The notes under the pieces are model-generated. The model saw only the letters and a program-made list of their open reading frames with translations, was not told where the DNA came from and made no database searches. Below, piece by piece: positions 25,013-33,645 of a stretch of DNA of 49,603 nt. Position numbers and translations under genes: made by a program. Within the stretch, counting starts at the first letter, position 1, and every line of letters starts with the position of its first letter. The DNA lies in assembly GCA_045863395.1 (NCBI GenBank), contig BTVJ01000056.1, positions 1 through 49,603 on the forward strand, given 5' to 3'. Source of the stretch: Myxococcales bacterium (GTDB lineage: Bacteria; Myxococcota_A; UBA9042; JABWCM01; BTVJ01).

Positions 25013-26710
25013 TCACGCGCGCCGCGCCGACTCCGAGAGCCGCACGATGCCCGTCACCCGGTCGCCGATCTCCTCCATGTGCGTGATCATGTCGAGAAAC
25101 GCGAGGCCCGTCTTGAGGTCCTCGTGGAAGGACGACATGTCCTCGATGTGCTTGGCGCGGAGGTCACGGCGCGAGTCGTCGATCTCGTGCTCGATCTCTT
25201 CGGCGCGCTTGGCCGGGCTCCCCTCCGCCAGGTAGACACCCAGGTTGGCGAGCGCCCGGTCCACCAACGCGCCGAGGGCCACCAGCTCGGCGATGGTCTC
25301 GGGGGTGAAGCGCCGCCCCGACTCGTAGTTGCGGCGCGCGATCCGGACCATGACGGCGCAGTGGTCCGCGATGCGCTCCACACGGTGGGTGTTCTGGATC
25401 AGCGCCGCGATGCGCCGGCTGGTCTCGGTGGTCGTGGAGGACTGGGCCGTCAGGGTCAGGTGATCGATGATCTCGCGCTCCAGATCGTCGCAGACCGCCT
25501 CTCGCTCCAGGGTGCGCTCCACGAGCCCCCCGAGGTCGCGGTCCGGGTGGGTGATGATCTCCATGGCGTCGCGGAACATGGTGCGCGCCTCGTCGGTCAT
25601 GCGGCGCAGCTCCTTGCCTGCCTGCACCAGCAGGAGCTCTGGCGTCTCGATGTAGGCCAGCGAGAGGTGCTGGGCGCGGCGGACGACCGGGGCCTCCTGC
25701 GCCGACGGTACCCACCGGCGGACGATGCGCTCGATCACCCCTACGAAGGGCACCAAGATCGTTGTGTTGGTGACGTTGAACAGCGAGTGGAAGGCGGCGA
25801 GGTGCATGCTGACGACGCCGGCCGCCGCGGCATCTCCCCCGCCCGCGCCCAGGGCTCCGTGCGGATCGCCCGGTACCAGCAAGTCGACCACGGGCAGGAG
25901 GTAGACGTGCATCAGCGCCAGGGCCCAGGCGGCGCCGAACAGATTGAACAGGGTGTGGGCCCGGGCCGCTCGCTTGGCGTCGACGCTGGCGCCGATCGCC
26001 GCCAGGTTGGCGGTCGCGGTCGTGCCGATGTTCTCACCGAGCACCATGCCGACGGCGACCTCGTAGTTGATCCATCCCACCGCGGCGAGGGTCAGCGTGA
26101 GGGTCGTGGTGGCGGAGCTGCTCTGCAGGACCACGGTCAGGGCAGTCCCCAGGGCCATGAAGAGCAGGACCGAGCCGAAGCCATAGCCGGAGATCTCGCC
26201 GACCCACGCGAGCTGCTCCGGATCGTCGATGGATGGCACCGCGTCCTTGAGCAGGGCCAGCCCCAGGAAGAGGAGCCCGAACCCGACCAGGGCCTCGCCC
26301 CAGAGGCGCCTCTGCTCGGTCTTCAAGAACGACATCAGGAACCCGATCCCGATGGCGGGCAGAGCGAAGGCCGCGATCTTCACCTTGAACCCGAAGACCG
26401 CGACGATCCACGCGGTCATGGTCGTGCCGATGTTGGCGCCCATGATCACGCTGATCGACTGGGTGAGGGTGAGCAGGCCCGCGGTGACGAAGCTGACCAC
26501 CATGACGGTGGTCGCGGAGCTGGACTGAACGGCGATGGTGACCCCGACGCCCGTCGCCACCCCGCTCAGCCGGTTGGCCGTCATGCGCCCGAGCAGACCC
26601 TTCATGCGGTCGCCAGCCACGTTCTGCAGGGCCTCGGACATGAGCTTCATGCCGAGGAGGAACACCCCAAGCGATCCCAAGAGCTCGAGCAGGCGGCTGA
26701 CGGCGGTCAC
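25013..26710 (-). CDS. Na+/Pi cotransporter with C-terminal PhoU domain
   Basis: Two QSSSATT repeats, GANIGTT and GENIGTT, multiple TM helices; PhoU-like ERIADH and EEIGD. Confidence 0.93.
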   Translation of the reverse strand: MTAVSRLLELLGSLGVFLLGMKLMSEALQNVAGDRMKGLLGRMTANRLSGVATGVGVTIAVQSSSATTVMVVSFVTAGLLTLTQSISVIMGANIGTTMTAWIVAVFGFKVKIAAFALPAIGIGFLMSFLKTEQRRLWGEALVGFGLLFLGLALLKDAVPSIDDPEQLAWVGEISGYGFGSVLLFMALGTALTVVLQSSSATTTLTLTLAAVGWINYEVAVGMVLGENIGTTATANLAAIGASVDAKRAARAHTLFNLFGAAWALALMHVYLLPVVDLLVPGDPHGALGAGGGDAAAAGVVSMHLAAFHSLFNVTNTTILVPFVGVIERIVRRWVPSAQEAPVVRRAQHLSLAYIETPELLLVQAGKELRRMTDEARTMFRDAMEIITHPDRDLGGLVERTLEREAVCDDLEREIIDHLTLTAQSSTTTETSRRIAALIQNTHRVERIADHCAVMVRIARRNYESGRRFTPETIAELVALGALVDRALANLGVYLAEGSPAKRAEEIEHEIDDSRRDLRAKHIEDMSSFHEDLKTGLAFLDMITHMEEIGDRVTGIVRLSESARRA

Positions 26711-26955
26711 GGCGTCCTCTCCCTCGTGGTTCGGGGCGCTGCCGAACGCGGGTCCCTGGCACTTCAGACCCCGGCCGCGGTGTGCTCGACACGCCGGCGC
26801 GACCCTAGCCGCTGTCGATGGACCACGTCAACCACGACCGCTCCGCGCGTGTCCCACGACCCGTAACCCGCGGAAACTGCTGGCACAGCCAGGGTCGACC
26901 GGCACGGGTCGCAGGGGCGGGGCGCGCTCGCGGTCCCTTCCGCGAGGCACGAGGT

Positions 26956-27690
26956 TCAGGGCTCCATGCCAAAGCGGCGCCGCCAGGCCGCGTAGGCTGG
27001 CAGCAGCTCGGGGGCGGCCTGGGCGAGGGCCTCGCCCGTCCGCTCCACGGCCGCTCGCTCCAGGCGCAGGTGCTCACCGTGACCCGGCTGCCCGGCGCGT
27101 GTGTCGCGTGGCCCATCGAGGCGGACCGCAGGGTCCGTCACGGGGTGCGTCTCCTCGTGGAGGATCTGGCAGATGACCTGGTCGGGGGGCTCCGCGAGGC
27201 TGGTCGCCACCACCCGCTGGCCCCGGACGGTTGCCGCCCGGCCATGGCCCCGAAGGGACGGCGCGTGCAGGACCCGCAGCGGCGGCGGTCTACCCGGAGC
27301 CCACAGGGCGGCACGGACGCGCTCGATGGGGGCGGAGAGGGAGGCGCCCGACCAGCGGGCCCCTCCCCGCGCTGCATGCGCGGCGGACGACTCCCGCGCG
27401 GCCTCCACGAACAGCGCCCCCAAGGTCCGCCCGGCGGGGTCGCCGAGCGCAGGGGTCCGGGCGAGGAGGGAGACGAGCGCCCCGACGTCGCGCTCGTCGT
27501 CGGCCAGCCACAAGGGCGCCCAGTGCAGCCACAGGCGGCCCGGGGCCGCGGCGTAGGCGTCGAGCAGGGCGCGGGGGGCGGCGGGCAGGAACGGATCCCA
27601 CACGGAGGCGGCGTCGGCCCCCAGGTCCAGGCGCGCCAGCACGTAGAAGGCGAGGTCCGCAGCGGGGCACTCGACGAACCGGATGCTCAC
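26956..27690 (-). CDS. HExxH-motif protein (possible metallopeptidase), last gene of the radical SAM operon
   Basis: GTGA overlap with the upstream gene; ILHEETH followed by a downstream E (LRLERAA), a zincin-like arrangement. Confidence 0.65.
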   Translation of the reverse strand: MSIRFVECPAADLAFYVLARLDLGADAASVWDPFLPAAPRALLDAYAAAPGRLWLHWAPLWLADDERDVGALVSLLARTPALGDPAGRTLGALFVEAARESSAAHAARGGARWSGASLSAPIERVRAALWAPGRPPPLRVLHAPSLRGHGRAATVRGQRVVATSLAEPPDQVICQILHEETHPVTDPAVRLDGPRDTRAGQPGHGEHLRLERAAVERTGEALAQAAPELLPAYAAWRRRFGMEP

Positions 27691-29855
27691 GGTCCCGGCT
27701 CCCGAAGCCAGCCCTCGCGGCCCGCGACCACCGGCACCTGCGAGCGCGCGACGACCCGCTCAGTCAGCTCATCCCCCCGCCGCACCAGCTCGACCAGGTC
27801 CTGGGGCCGGAAGCGCGGACCGAGCCATGTGACGGCGCGCCCGCCTTCCCGGAGCCGCCCTCGCAGCGCCGCTGGGAACCGGGGCAGCGCCGCCCCGAGG
27901 TACAGGCCGTCCAGGTCCTGCGCCTCGGGTCCAACCGAGGGATCCGCGGGGACGACCCGAACATGCGACGGGAGGAGCGCGGCGAGGCGACGGCGCCCGA
28001 GGAAGCCCGCCGTGGTGCCGGCAAGCACCTCCCCTCCGGGCCCGACCAGCGCCGCGAGGAGCGCCGCGACCCAACCGCTCGCTGCGCACAGGTCTGCCAC
28101 CCGGTCCCCGGTGCCGGCCTCCAGCGCGCCCAGCGCGAGGGCGGTGGGGGTGAAGCCGATCCAGCGCGGCGCCTCCCCCTCCCGGGCGGGCTCGTCCCCC
28201 TGGTCCCGGAGCATGGCGGCAGCCTCAGGCACCCCGAGGAATGGCTCCGGGGCGACCGTCAGGAGCACCTCGACGAGCGCCTCGTTGCGCAGGGCGCCCC
28301 GCTCCAGCAGGCGCCGCACGGCCTCCTCCCGGCGCCGCACCCGCTCGTCCCGCACGTGGAGCCCGATGGGGGTGGCGATGTCCAGGGCGACGCTGTCCCG
28401 GGCGGGGGCCGCCTTCTTCAGGATCATGTCCCGGTTCTCGGGGCTCAGGGTACGCACCTGCTCCGCCATGCTGCGCTCGAACACCCGGTCCACGCTGCGC
28501 CCCTGTCCCCGGAACCGACCCGCGATCTCCCGCACCAGAGGGCCGTAGGCGTCGTGCATGAAGCGCACCCGGTCCGCGAAGGACAGCGCGCCGCTCGGAT
28601 CCAGGTGCTCCGCGCGCAGCGGCCCGTCGTACCAGGCCCGCCACCACTCGCGGTGGTGGAACCGCGCCCCGTGGGCCGCCTCCAGCGCGTCCATGGTCTC
28701 GTACACCATGGACCCCGGGTACAGCCGGAAGGGGTCGATGGAGAGCCACCCGCAGGTCTCCCGCGCCGACGTGAACAGGTCGGTCAGGAAGGCGTGGGTC
28801 TCCCGCAGGGTCTCCGGAGTCTCTCCTGGGTGGCCTACGATGACGTTGGTCGCCCAGGTGAGGCCGTGGTCGCGGCTCCGCGCCGCCAATCTCCGAATGG
28901 CCCCCAGATAGCGCTCTGGATCCCGGGTCTTGTTCATGAGGGCGAGCATGGCGGGGCTGCCGCTCTCCAGGCCGATGCCGATGGAGAAGCGCGCCCGCGC
29001 CAGCAGGGCGATGTCCTCGTCGTCCAGGTCGTCGGACCGGGTCAGGGTCCAGAATTGCCGCGGCACGAGCCCGTGGCGCACGATCCCCTCGAGGACGTCG
29101 CGGCGCCACCGGCGCTTGAAGCCGAATAGCGGATCGGCGATGTTGACCACCCAGCGCCCCAGCTCCGTGAAGCGCGCGAGCCGCTTCAGCTCGTCGAGCG
29201 CACGCTCCTCCGACCAGGCGCGCCAGGTGTAGTCGGTCTTTGCGCGCTCCATGCAGAACGTGCAGTGGTAGGGGCACCCCCGCGACAGCACAATCTGGAG
29301 CTTGCGCCCTATCTCATGAGCCCGGGGCCAATATCTCCCCAAGAGGTCCCAGCGCTGGGGGGGCAGCGCGTCGATGGACGGGAGGTTCCGGGGCCCCACG
29401 ATGGGTCCGGGCAGGATCTCGCCCAGACGGCGCCCCCCGAGGAGCCCCTCGACCATCTCACCGAGGGGCACCTCCCCTTCCCCCACCACCACCGCGTCGA
29501 AGGGAGACCCCTCGAACGCGAGATCCCCAGGTCTGGCGCTGGCGTGGTAGCCGCCGGTGACCAGCGGCACGTCCGGGTAGAGCCCCTTGAGGAACCGGCC
29601 GAGCGTCATGACGCGGCGGTAGTCGTAGCTCGAGTAGCAGGAGACGCCAATCAGCAGGAAGGGGCCGAGCTCCTGGAGGGTCCGCTGGAGACCGGCGTGA
29701 TCGCTGGCCTCGTAGCCCAGGTCCAGGATCTCCACACGGGCGCCGGTGCGCTCCTTGACCCACGTCCCGAGGCTCACCAGGTGAGGGAGCCCGAAGTCCA
29801 CGTCCGTCCACTTGAGGATGCCGGGGCTCAACAAGAGGACGGCGGGCCCCCTCAC
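27687..29855 (-). CDS. Cobalamin-binding radical SAM protein fused to a degenerate protein-L-isoaspartate O-methyltransferase (PIMT)-like domain
   Basis: B12 domain IGVSC, VTGGYHAS, VVGEGE; SRGCPYHCTFC; IGLESGS, IVGHPGET; C-terminal VAPEPFL, GDRVADLCAASGWVAALLAALVGPGG, LREGGRAV. GTG at 29855 overlaps the upstream stop. Confidence 0.88.
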   Translation of the reverse strand: MRGPAVLLLSPGILKWTDVDFGLPHLVSLGTWVKERTGARVEILDLGYEASDHAGLQRTLQELGPFLLIGVSCYSSYDYRRVMTLGRFLKGLYPDVPLVTGGYHASARPGDLAFEGSPFDAVVVGEGEVPLGEMVEGLLGGRRLGEILPGPIVGPRNLPSIDALPPQRWDLLGRYWPRAHEIGRKLQIVLSRGCPYHCTFCMERAKTDYTWRAWSEERALDELKRLARFTELGRWVVNIADPLFGFKRRWRRDVLEGIVRHGLVPRQFWTLTRSDDLDDEDIALLARARFSIGIGLESGSPAMLALMNKTRDPERYLGAIRRLAARSRDHGLTWATNVIVGHPGETPETLRETHAFLTDLFTSARETCGWLSIDPFRLYPGSMVYETMDALEAAHGARFHHREWWRAWYDGPLRAEHLDPSGALSFADRVRFMHDAYGPLVREIAGRFRGQGRSVDRVFERSMAEQVRTLSPENRDMILKKAAPARDSVALDIATPIGLHVRDERVRRREEAVRRLLERGALRNEALVEVLLTVAPEPFLGVPEAAAMLRDQGDEPAREGEAPRWIGFTPTALALGALEAGTGDRVADLCAASGWVAALLAALVGPGGEVLAGTTAGFLGRRRLAALLPSHVRVVPADPSVGPEAQDLDGLYLGAALPRFPAALRGRLREGGRAVTWLGPRFRPQDLVELVRRGDELTERVVARSQVPVVAGREGWLREPGP

Positions 29856-30916
29856 GAGACACCCCCGCCACGGCCCGCTGAGACAGACTGGCGCAGGAAG
29901 GGCTCCGGGTCCACCAGAGAACCAAACGCGGCGAATCCGCTCTCCTTGCACCCCCCCTGGCAGGCGCGCTCGAAGCGACAGCCCCGGCACATCGCCGGCA
30001 CGGACCGGGGAAACTCCCGGAGGTAGGGAGACGCCATGATCTCGGCCCAGGGCTGGCGCAGGACGTTCCCGAGCACGTGGCTCGACAGGTTGCAGCTCCG
30101 CACGTTCCCAAGAGGATCGAGCACGATGTTGGGAGACTGACTCCCCACGCTGCAGAACCCGAACTTCACCCAGGAGTAGCGCTCCAGGCGCACGAGGCAG
30201 GGGGGGATCGGCATGGCCGTCGAGACGCGGATGCCCCAAGCGCGCCCGAGCCGCTCCGCGGAGTCCAGATTCTCTTCGATCCGGGCCGCAGACGGGACCA
30301 TGGTGTCGATGGCGCGGGCAGCCGCCCCGGCCGCCGACATGCGGTTGTAGCTGACCGCGCGCACCCCGAGGGCGAAGCAGAGCTCCAGTACGCCCGGGAA
30401 GTCCTCGCAGGAGTCGCGGGTGGCGACGAAGCACACCTGCGCCGGGACACCTGCGTCCTGCAGGTCCACGATGGCGCGGACGGTCTCGTCGAAGCAGCGC
30501 GCGCCCTTGCGGCGGTCGTGGCGGTCCCGGTCGGCGCTGAGCAGCGTGAGCTGGACGGCGCGGACCCCGAGCGACGCAAGCCGCTGCGCCGTCTCGACCG
30601 GCACGTGGCTGCCGTTGGTGATGATCTGCACCGATGGCACCAGCGAGCAGGCACGCTCCACGATACGCAGCGCATCCTTCCGCAGCAGGGGCTCGCCGCC
30701 GGTCAGCGTCAGGTGCTCGGCGCCGCTCCCGCGGACGGCCGTCTCCAGCATGGCGAGGGTGTCGTCGGTGGAGAGCTGCCCCCGTGGGTAGCCGCCCTGC
30801 GGCTCGCCGTCCTTGGCGCCCCACACGTTGTAGCAGTGCCCGCAGGCGTGGTCACAGCCCGTGGTCAGCTCGAAGTCGAGCCGCGGGATGCTCGCCGAGC
30901 CCGACAGGACGCTCAT
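29852..30916 (-). CDS. Radical SAM/SPASM domain protein
   Basis: CDHACGHC, LTGGEPLL, ITNG; SPASM C...GNVRSC...LGNV...CRGC....CQGGC; no N-terminal PqqD/RRE extension. Confidence 0.93.
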   Translation of the reverse strand: MSVLSGSASIPRLDFELTTGCDHACGHCYNVWGAKDGEPQGGYPRGQLSTDDTLAMLETAVRGSGAEHLTLTGGEPLLRKDALRIVERACSLVPSVQIITNGSHVPVETAQRLASLGVRAVQLTLLSADRDRHDRRKGARCFDETVRAIVDLQDAGVPAQVCFVATRDSCEDFPGVLELCFALGVRAVSYNRMSAAGAAARAIDTMVPSAARIEENLDSAERLGRAWGIRVSTAMPIPPCLVRLERYSWVKFGFCSVGSQSPNIVLDPLGNVRSCNLSSHVLGNVLRQPWAEIMASPYLREFPRSVPAMCRGCRFERACQGGCKESGFAAFGSLVDPEPFLRQSVSAGRGGGVS

Positions 30917-31659
30917 GCGCGGGGGCGGTCCCGCAGGCGGGCGAGCAGGTCGGGCGGCAGGGCACCGGACGCCGCCAGCCGGGCGCGGGCCTCGGCGCGG
31001 GCCACCTCGCGGGGCGGCAGCGCAGGCGCAGGGGCCATGGTCGTCTCACCGTCCGATGCGTCGGCCGGTGGCGCGGACAGGCAGGGGCCAATGCCGGAGT
31101 CCTCGGGGCCCACGTCGCTGAGGCAGGGGCCCACGTCCCAGGCGCGGGACAGGCACGGGCCCACGTCGCTCTCGGCATCCGGGCCCGCGTCCCACTCGGG
31201 GGTGAGGCAGGGGCCGACGTATGTGTCACCGCCGTCGCCCGAGTCCGGGCCGGCGTCCCAGCGAGGCTGGAGGCACGGGCCCACGTCCCAGGCGCGGGTC
31301 AGGCACGGGCCCACGTCCTCGTAGGGCATCCCGAGGCAGGGGCCCACGTCCTGCCGCGGCGAGAGGCAGGGGCCGACGTCGTCGATCCGCTGGGACAGGC
31401 ACACCCCTACGTTGGTGTCCATGTCCGCGTCGGGCACATCTGGATCGTAGACCGCGGACAGGCACGTCTGCGCGCAGCCCGTCTCGGTCGTCGTGATGCC
31501 GGCGATGAGGGCCACGGCGGCGAGGACGCTGACCACCGCCCCCGCGACGCCCCCGACGACGGACACCGTGCAGGCTGCGGTCGTCGACAAGGCGAGCAGC
31601 ACCCCGGCGCCGATCAGCAGCCGCCGGCGCCAGCGCTCCATGCGAGAGAATCCGGACAT
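30913..31659 (-). CDS. Membrane-anchored repeat protein with (D)VGPCL cores; putative radical SAM substrate/precursor
   Basis: AGGAGG RBS before ATG 31659; two N-terminal hydrophobic segments, each ending in Cys; 8 GPCL motifs plus VGVCL and QTCL; ATGA overlap with the SPASM gene. Confidence 0.8.
   Translation of the reverse strand: MSGFSRMERWRRRLLIGAGVLLALSTTAACTVSVVGGVAGAVVSVLAAVALIAGITTTETGCAQTCLSAVYDPDVPDADMDTNVGVCLSQRIDDVGPCLSPRQDVGPCLGMPYEDVGPCLTRAWDVGPCLQPRWDAGPDSGDGGDTYVGPCLTPEWDAGPDAESDVGPCLSRAWDVGPCLSDVGPEDSGIGPCLSAPPADASDGETTMAPAPALPPREVARAEARARLAASGALPPDLLARLRDRPRA
31079..31413 (-). repeat. Coding repeat AGGCA(G/C)GGGCC(C/G)ACGTC (= DVGPCL on the minus strand)
   Basis: Copies start at 31079, 31121, 31151, 31205, 31271, 31301, 31334, 31364 and 31397 (degenerate); all spacings (30-66 nt) are multiples of 3. 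Confidence 0.9.
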
Positions 31660-31869
31660 GGGGACCTCCTTGGGGCACAAGTCGCCACTACTATGGACTC
31701 ACGGTCGATGCCTGGTCAATGAACCTCTGCTCCCGGCGACTCGCTCGGTTGCGCCCCACGGGGCACGGCCATCACTGGCGTCCGTTGGGGATGGCAGGAG
31801 TCCGCCGATCCGGGCGCCCTCGACGCCCGCCGGGGCGCCGTCGTAGGATGGCTGCCGGAGGTACCCCCC

Positions 31870-32883
31870 ATGACCAACGTGCTTCGGACGACCGAGACGG
31901 CCTGGACGGACTACAAGAAGGAGCCCGGATTCGGGTGCGACCTGATCTCGCTCCACTCCTTCCCTCTCGTGACCCTGGGCGTGAGCCTGGAGCAGCTCCC
32001 GCCGGGCAACGCGATCTGCCCGCTCCACTACCACATGGTCGAGGAGGAGCACCTCTACGTCCTCGAAGGGACCCTGACCGTCCGTGAGCTGCTCCCGGAC
32101 GGGACCCACCGAACGTTCGACGTCCATGACGGCGAGCTGATCGCCTGGCCAGGGGGCACCCGGATCGCCCACCAGACGCAGAACCGGGGTGATCGCCCCG
32201 CGCGCTTCCTGGCCATCTCGGATACCTGCCCGCAGGAGGTCGCCTTCTACCCGGACAGCGGCAAGGTGCTGCTCCGGGGCGCCGGCATCGGCGTGTTCAC
32301 CGAACGAGGGAAGACGGCGCTCCCGCTGGACGGGCACTTTGCCGCGGCGCGGGCAGCCACGGCGCACCCGGCCACGCCAGTCGCAGACGACGCGCGCCCG
32401 CCCCACGTGGCAGGCCCGGCGCAGGTCCCCGAGCGCGCCCTGGGGCTGGGCGGCTTCGGGCGCCCCCTCGCCCGGGCCGCGGGCGCACAGTCCGTGTTCG
32501 TCAACGTGGACCGCCTCCCGCCGGGCGCCCGCACCCCGGACCTGCACGCCCACCTCGCCGACGAGGAGCTCGTCTACGTGCTGAGCGGCCACCCGACGCT
32601 CCGACAGATCCGCGGGCGGCGCGAGGGGCGCACGCCGGTCTTCGACGCTGCAGCGGAGCGCGTGCCGCTGTCGCCCGGCGACGCGGTCCACTGGGCCCCG
32701 GGCGATCTCGTGGCGCACCAGATCCTGAACGAGACCTCGGAGGACACCCACCTGCTGGTGATCGGCACCGACTGCGCGCGCGACATCGTGCTGTTCCCGG
32801 AGCGCGGCGAGATCTACGCGGCGGTGATCGACACCCTCGGCTCCCTGGGGCACACGGACTACTTCGCGGGCGAGTCGCGCTGA
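31870..32883 (+). CDS. Tandem (bi-)cupin domain protein
   Basis: Two cupin motif sets: HYHMVEEEHLYVLEG...AHQ and HAHLADEELVYVLSG...AHQ; GGAGG RBS. Confidence 0.88.
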   Translation: MTNVLRTTETAWTDYKKEPGFGCDLISLHSFPLVTLGVSLEQLPPGNAICPLHYHMVEEEHLYVLEGTLTVRELLPDGTHRTFDVHDGELIAWPGGTRIAHQTQNRGDRPARFLAISDTCPQEVAFYPDSGKVLLRGAGIGVFTERGKTALPLDGHFAAARAATAHPATPVADDARPPHVAGPAQVPERALGLGGFGRPLARAAGAQSVFVNVDRLPPGARTPDLHAHLADEELVYVLSGHPTLRQIRGRREGRTPVFDAAAERVPLSPGDAVHWAPGDLVAHQILNETSEDTHLLVIGTDCARDIVLFPERGEIYAAVIDTLGSLGHTDYFAGESR

Positions 32884-32933
32884 CGGTCCCCCGACGCCAG
32901 GCGCGTGAGGGCCTGGATTCCCGGAGTGCTCCG

Positions 32934-33506
32934 ATGACGAAACGGGTCCAAGCGATCATGGTGTCCGGCCTCGTCGCGGGCGCCGCGGGAGGCTGCGGCG
33001 TCGGACTCCACGCAACCGCCGGTCCGACCGTGACCACGAGCGGCGAGGTCGGGTGGCGCGCCGGCGGAGGCCTGAGCTTCGGCGGAGCGGCCAGCGCCCA
33101 CAACCTCATCGAGCTTCGGCAGAGCGTCGTGGCCCAGGGGGGCGGCGCCCCGGTAGGCCTGGGCCTCGTCAGCACGCTGGGCTGGCACCACGTCGCGGCG
33201 AGGGACGCGCCACCGGTCGGCGCGCTCGCGGGCATTCGGCTGGCGACGGCGGCGCCCATGGACGTCGCGGCGGACGACCCGAGCGCGCCGGTCTCGCTGG
33301 GCATCGCCGCCGGGCCGCTGTTCACCCTCGCGGGCAGCCTGAGCCGCGGCCAGCTCCTCTGGGCGCCGAGCACGTCGGGGATGGTGATCACGGCCGGCCC
33401 GGAGCTGGACTTCGGCTGGACGCTACGGGATCAAGGCGGCGGCACCTTCGGCATCTTCGGGGCCAACATCGTGCTCGACTGGGTGGCCGTGTACGCACCC
33501 GACTGA
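32934..33506 (+). CDS. Hypothetical exported protein/lipoprotein with beta-strand pattern
   Basis: Signal-like N-terminus ending AGGC; alternating hydrophobic strands. Confidence 0.55.
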   Translation: MTKRVQAIMVSGLVAGAAGGCGVGLHATAGPTVTTSGEVGWRAGGGLSFGGAASAHNLIELRQSVVAQGGGAPVGLGLVSTLGWHHVAARDAPPVGALAGIRLATAAPMDVAADDPSAPVSLGIAAGPLFTLAGSLSRGQLLWAPSTSGMVITAGPELDFGWTLRDQGGGTFGIFGANIVLDWVAVYAPD

Positions 33507-33645
33507 CGCTCCGGCTCCAGTGTGCGAGCGCCGCCCACGGGGCGCGGAGCCCACCAGCCCATCGAGCGGTTCCCGCGCCGCCCTCCTGGTGCTATCCTGG
33601 CCCCCCCGGTTCAGCACGCAGCAGTCCGCCGGGGGCGAGGATGCC

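Noticed and set aside
25013..26710. Na/Pi transporter as part of a phosphonate module with aepY or as exporter for the radical SAM operon
   Set aside because: Separated from the operon by about 245 bp with its own upstream region, 16 kb from aepY, and the family imports phosphate.
29856..30824. N-terminal 323 aa of the 1045-aa ORF, suggesting a larger fusion
   Set aside because: Overlaps the SPASM gene in another frame and is low-complexity; the true start is the GTG at 29855.
31079..31413. Direct repeats with variable spacers resembling a CRISPR array (a CARF gene lies 8 kb away)
   Set aside because: Repeats are only about 17 nt, vary at synonymous positions, and all spacings are multiples of 3 inside an ORF: they are coding repeats.
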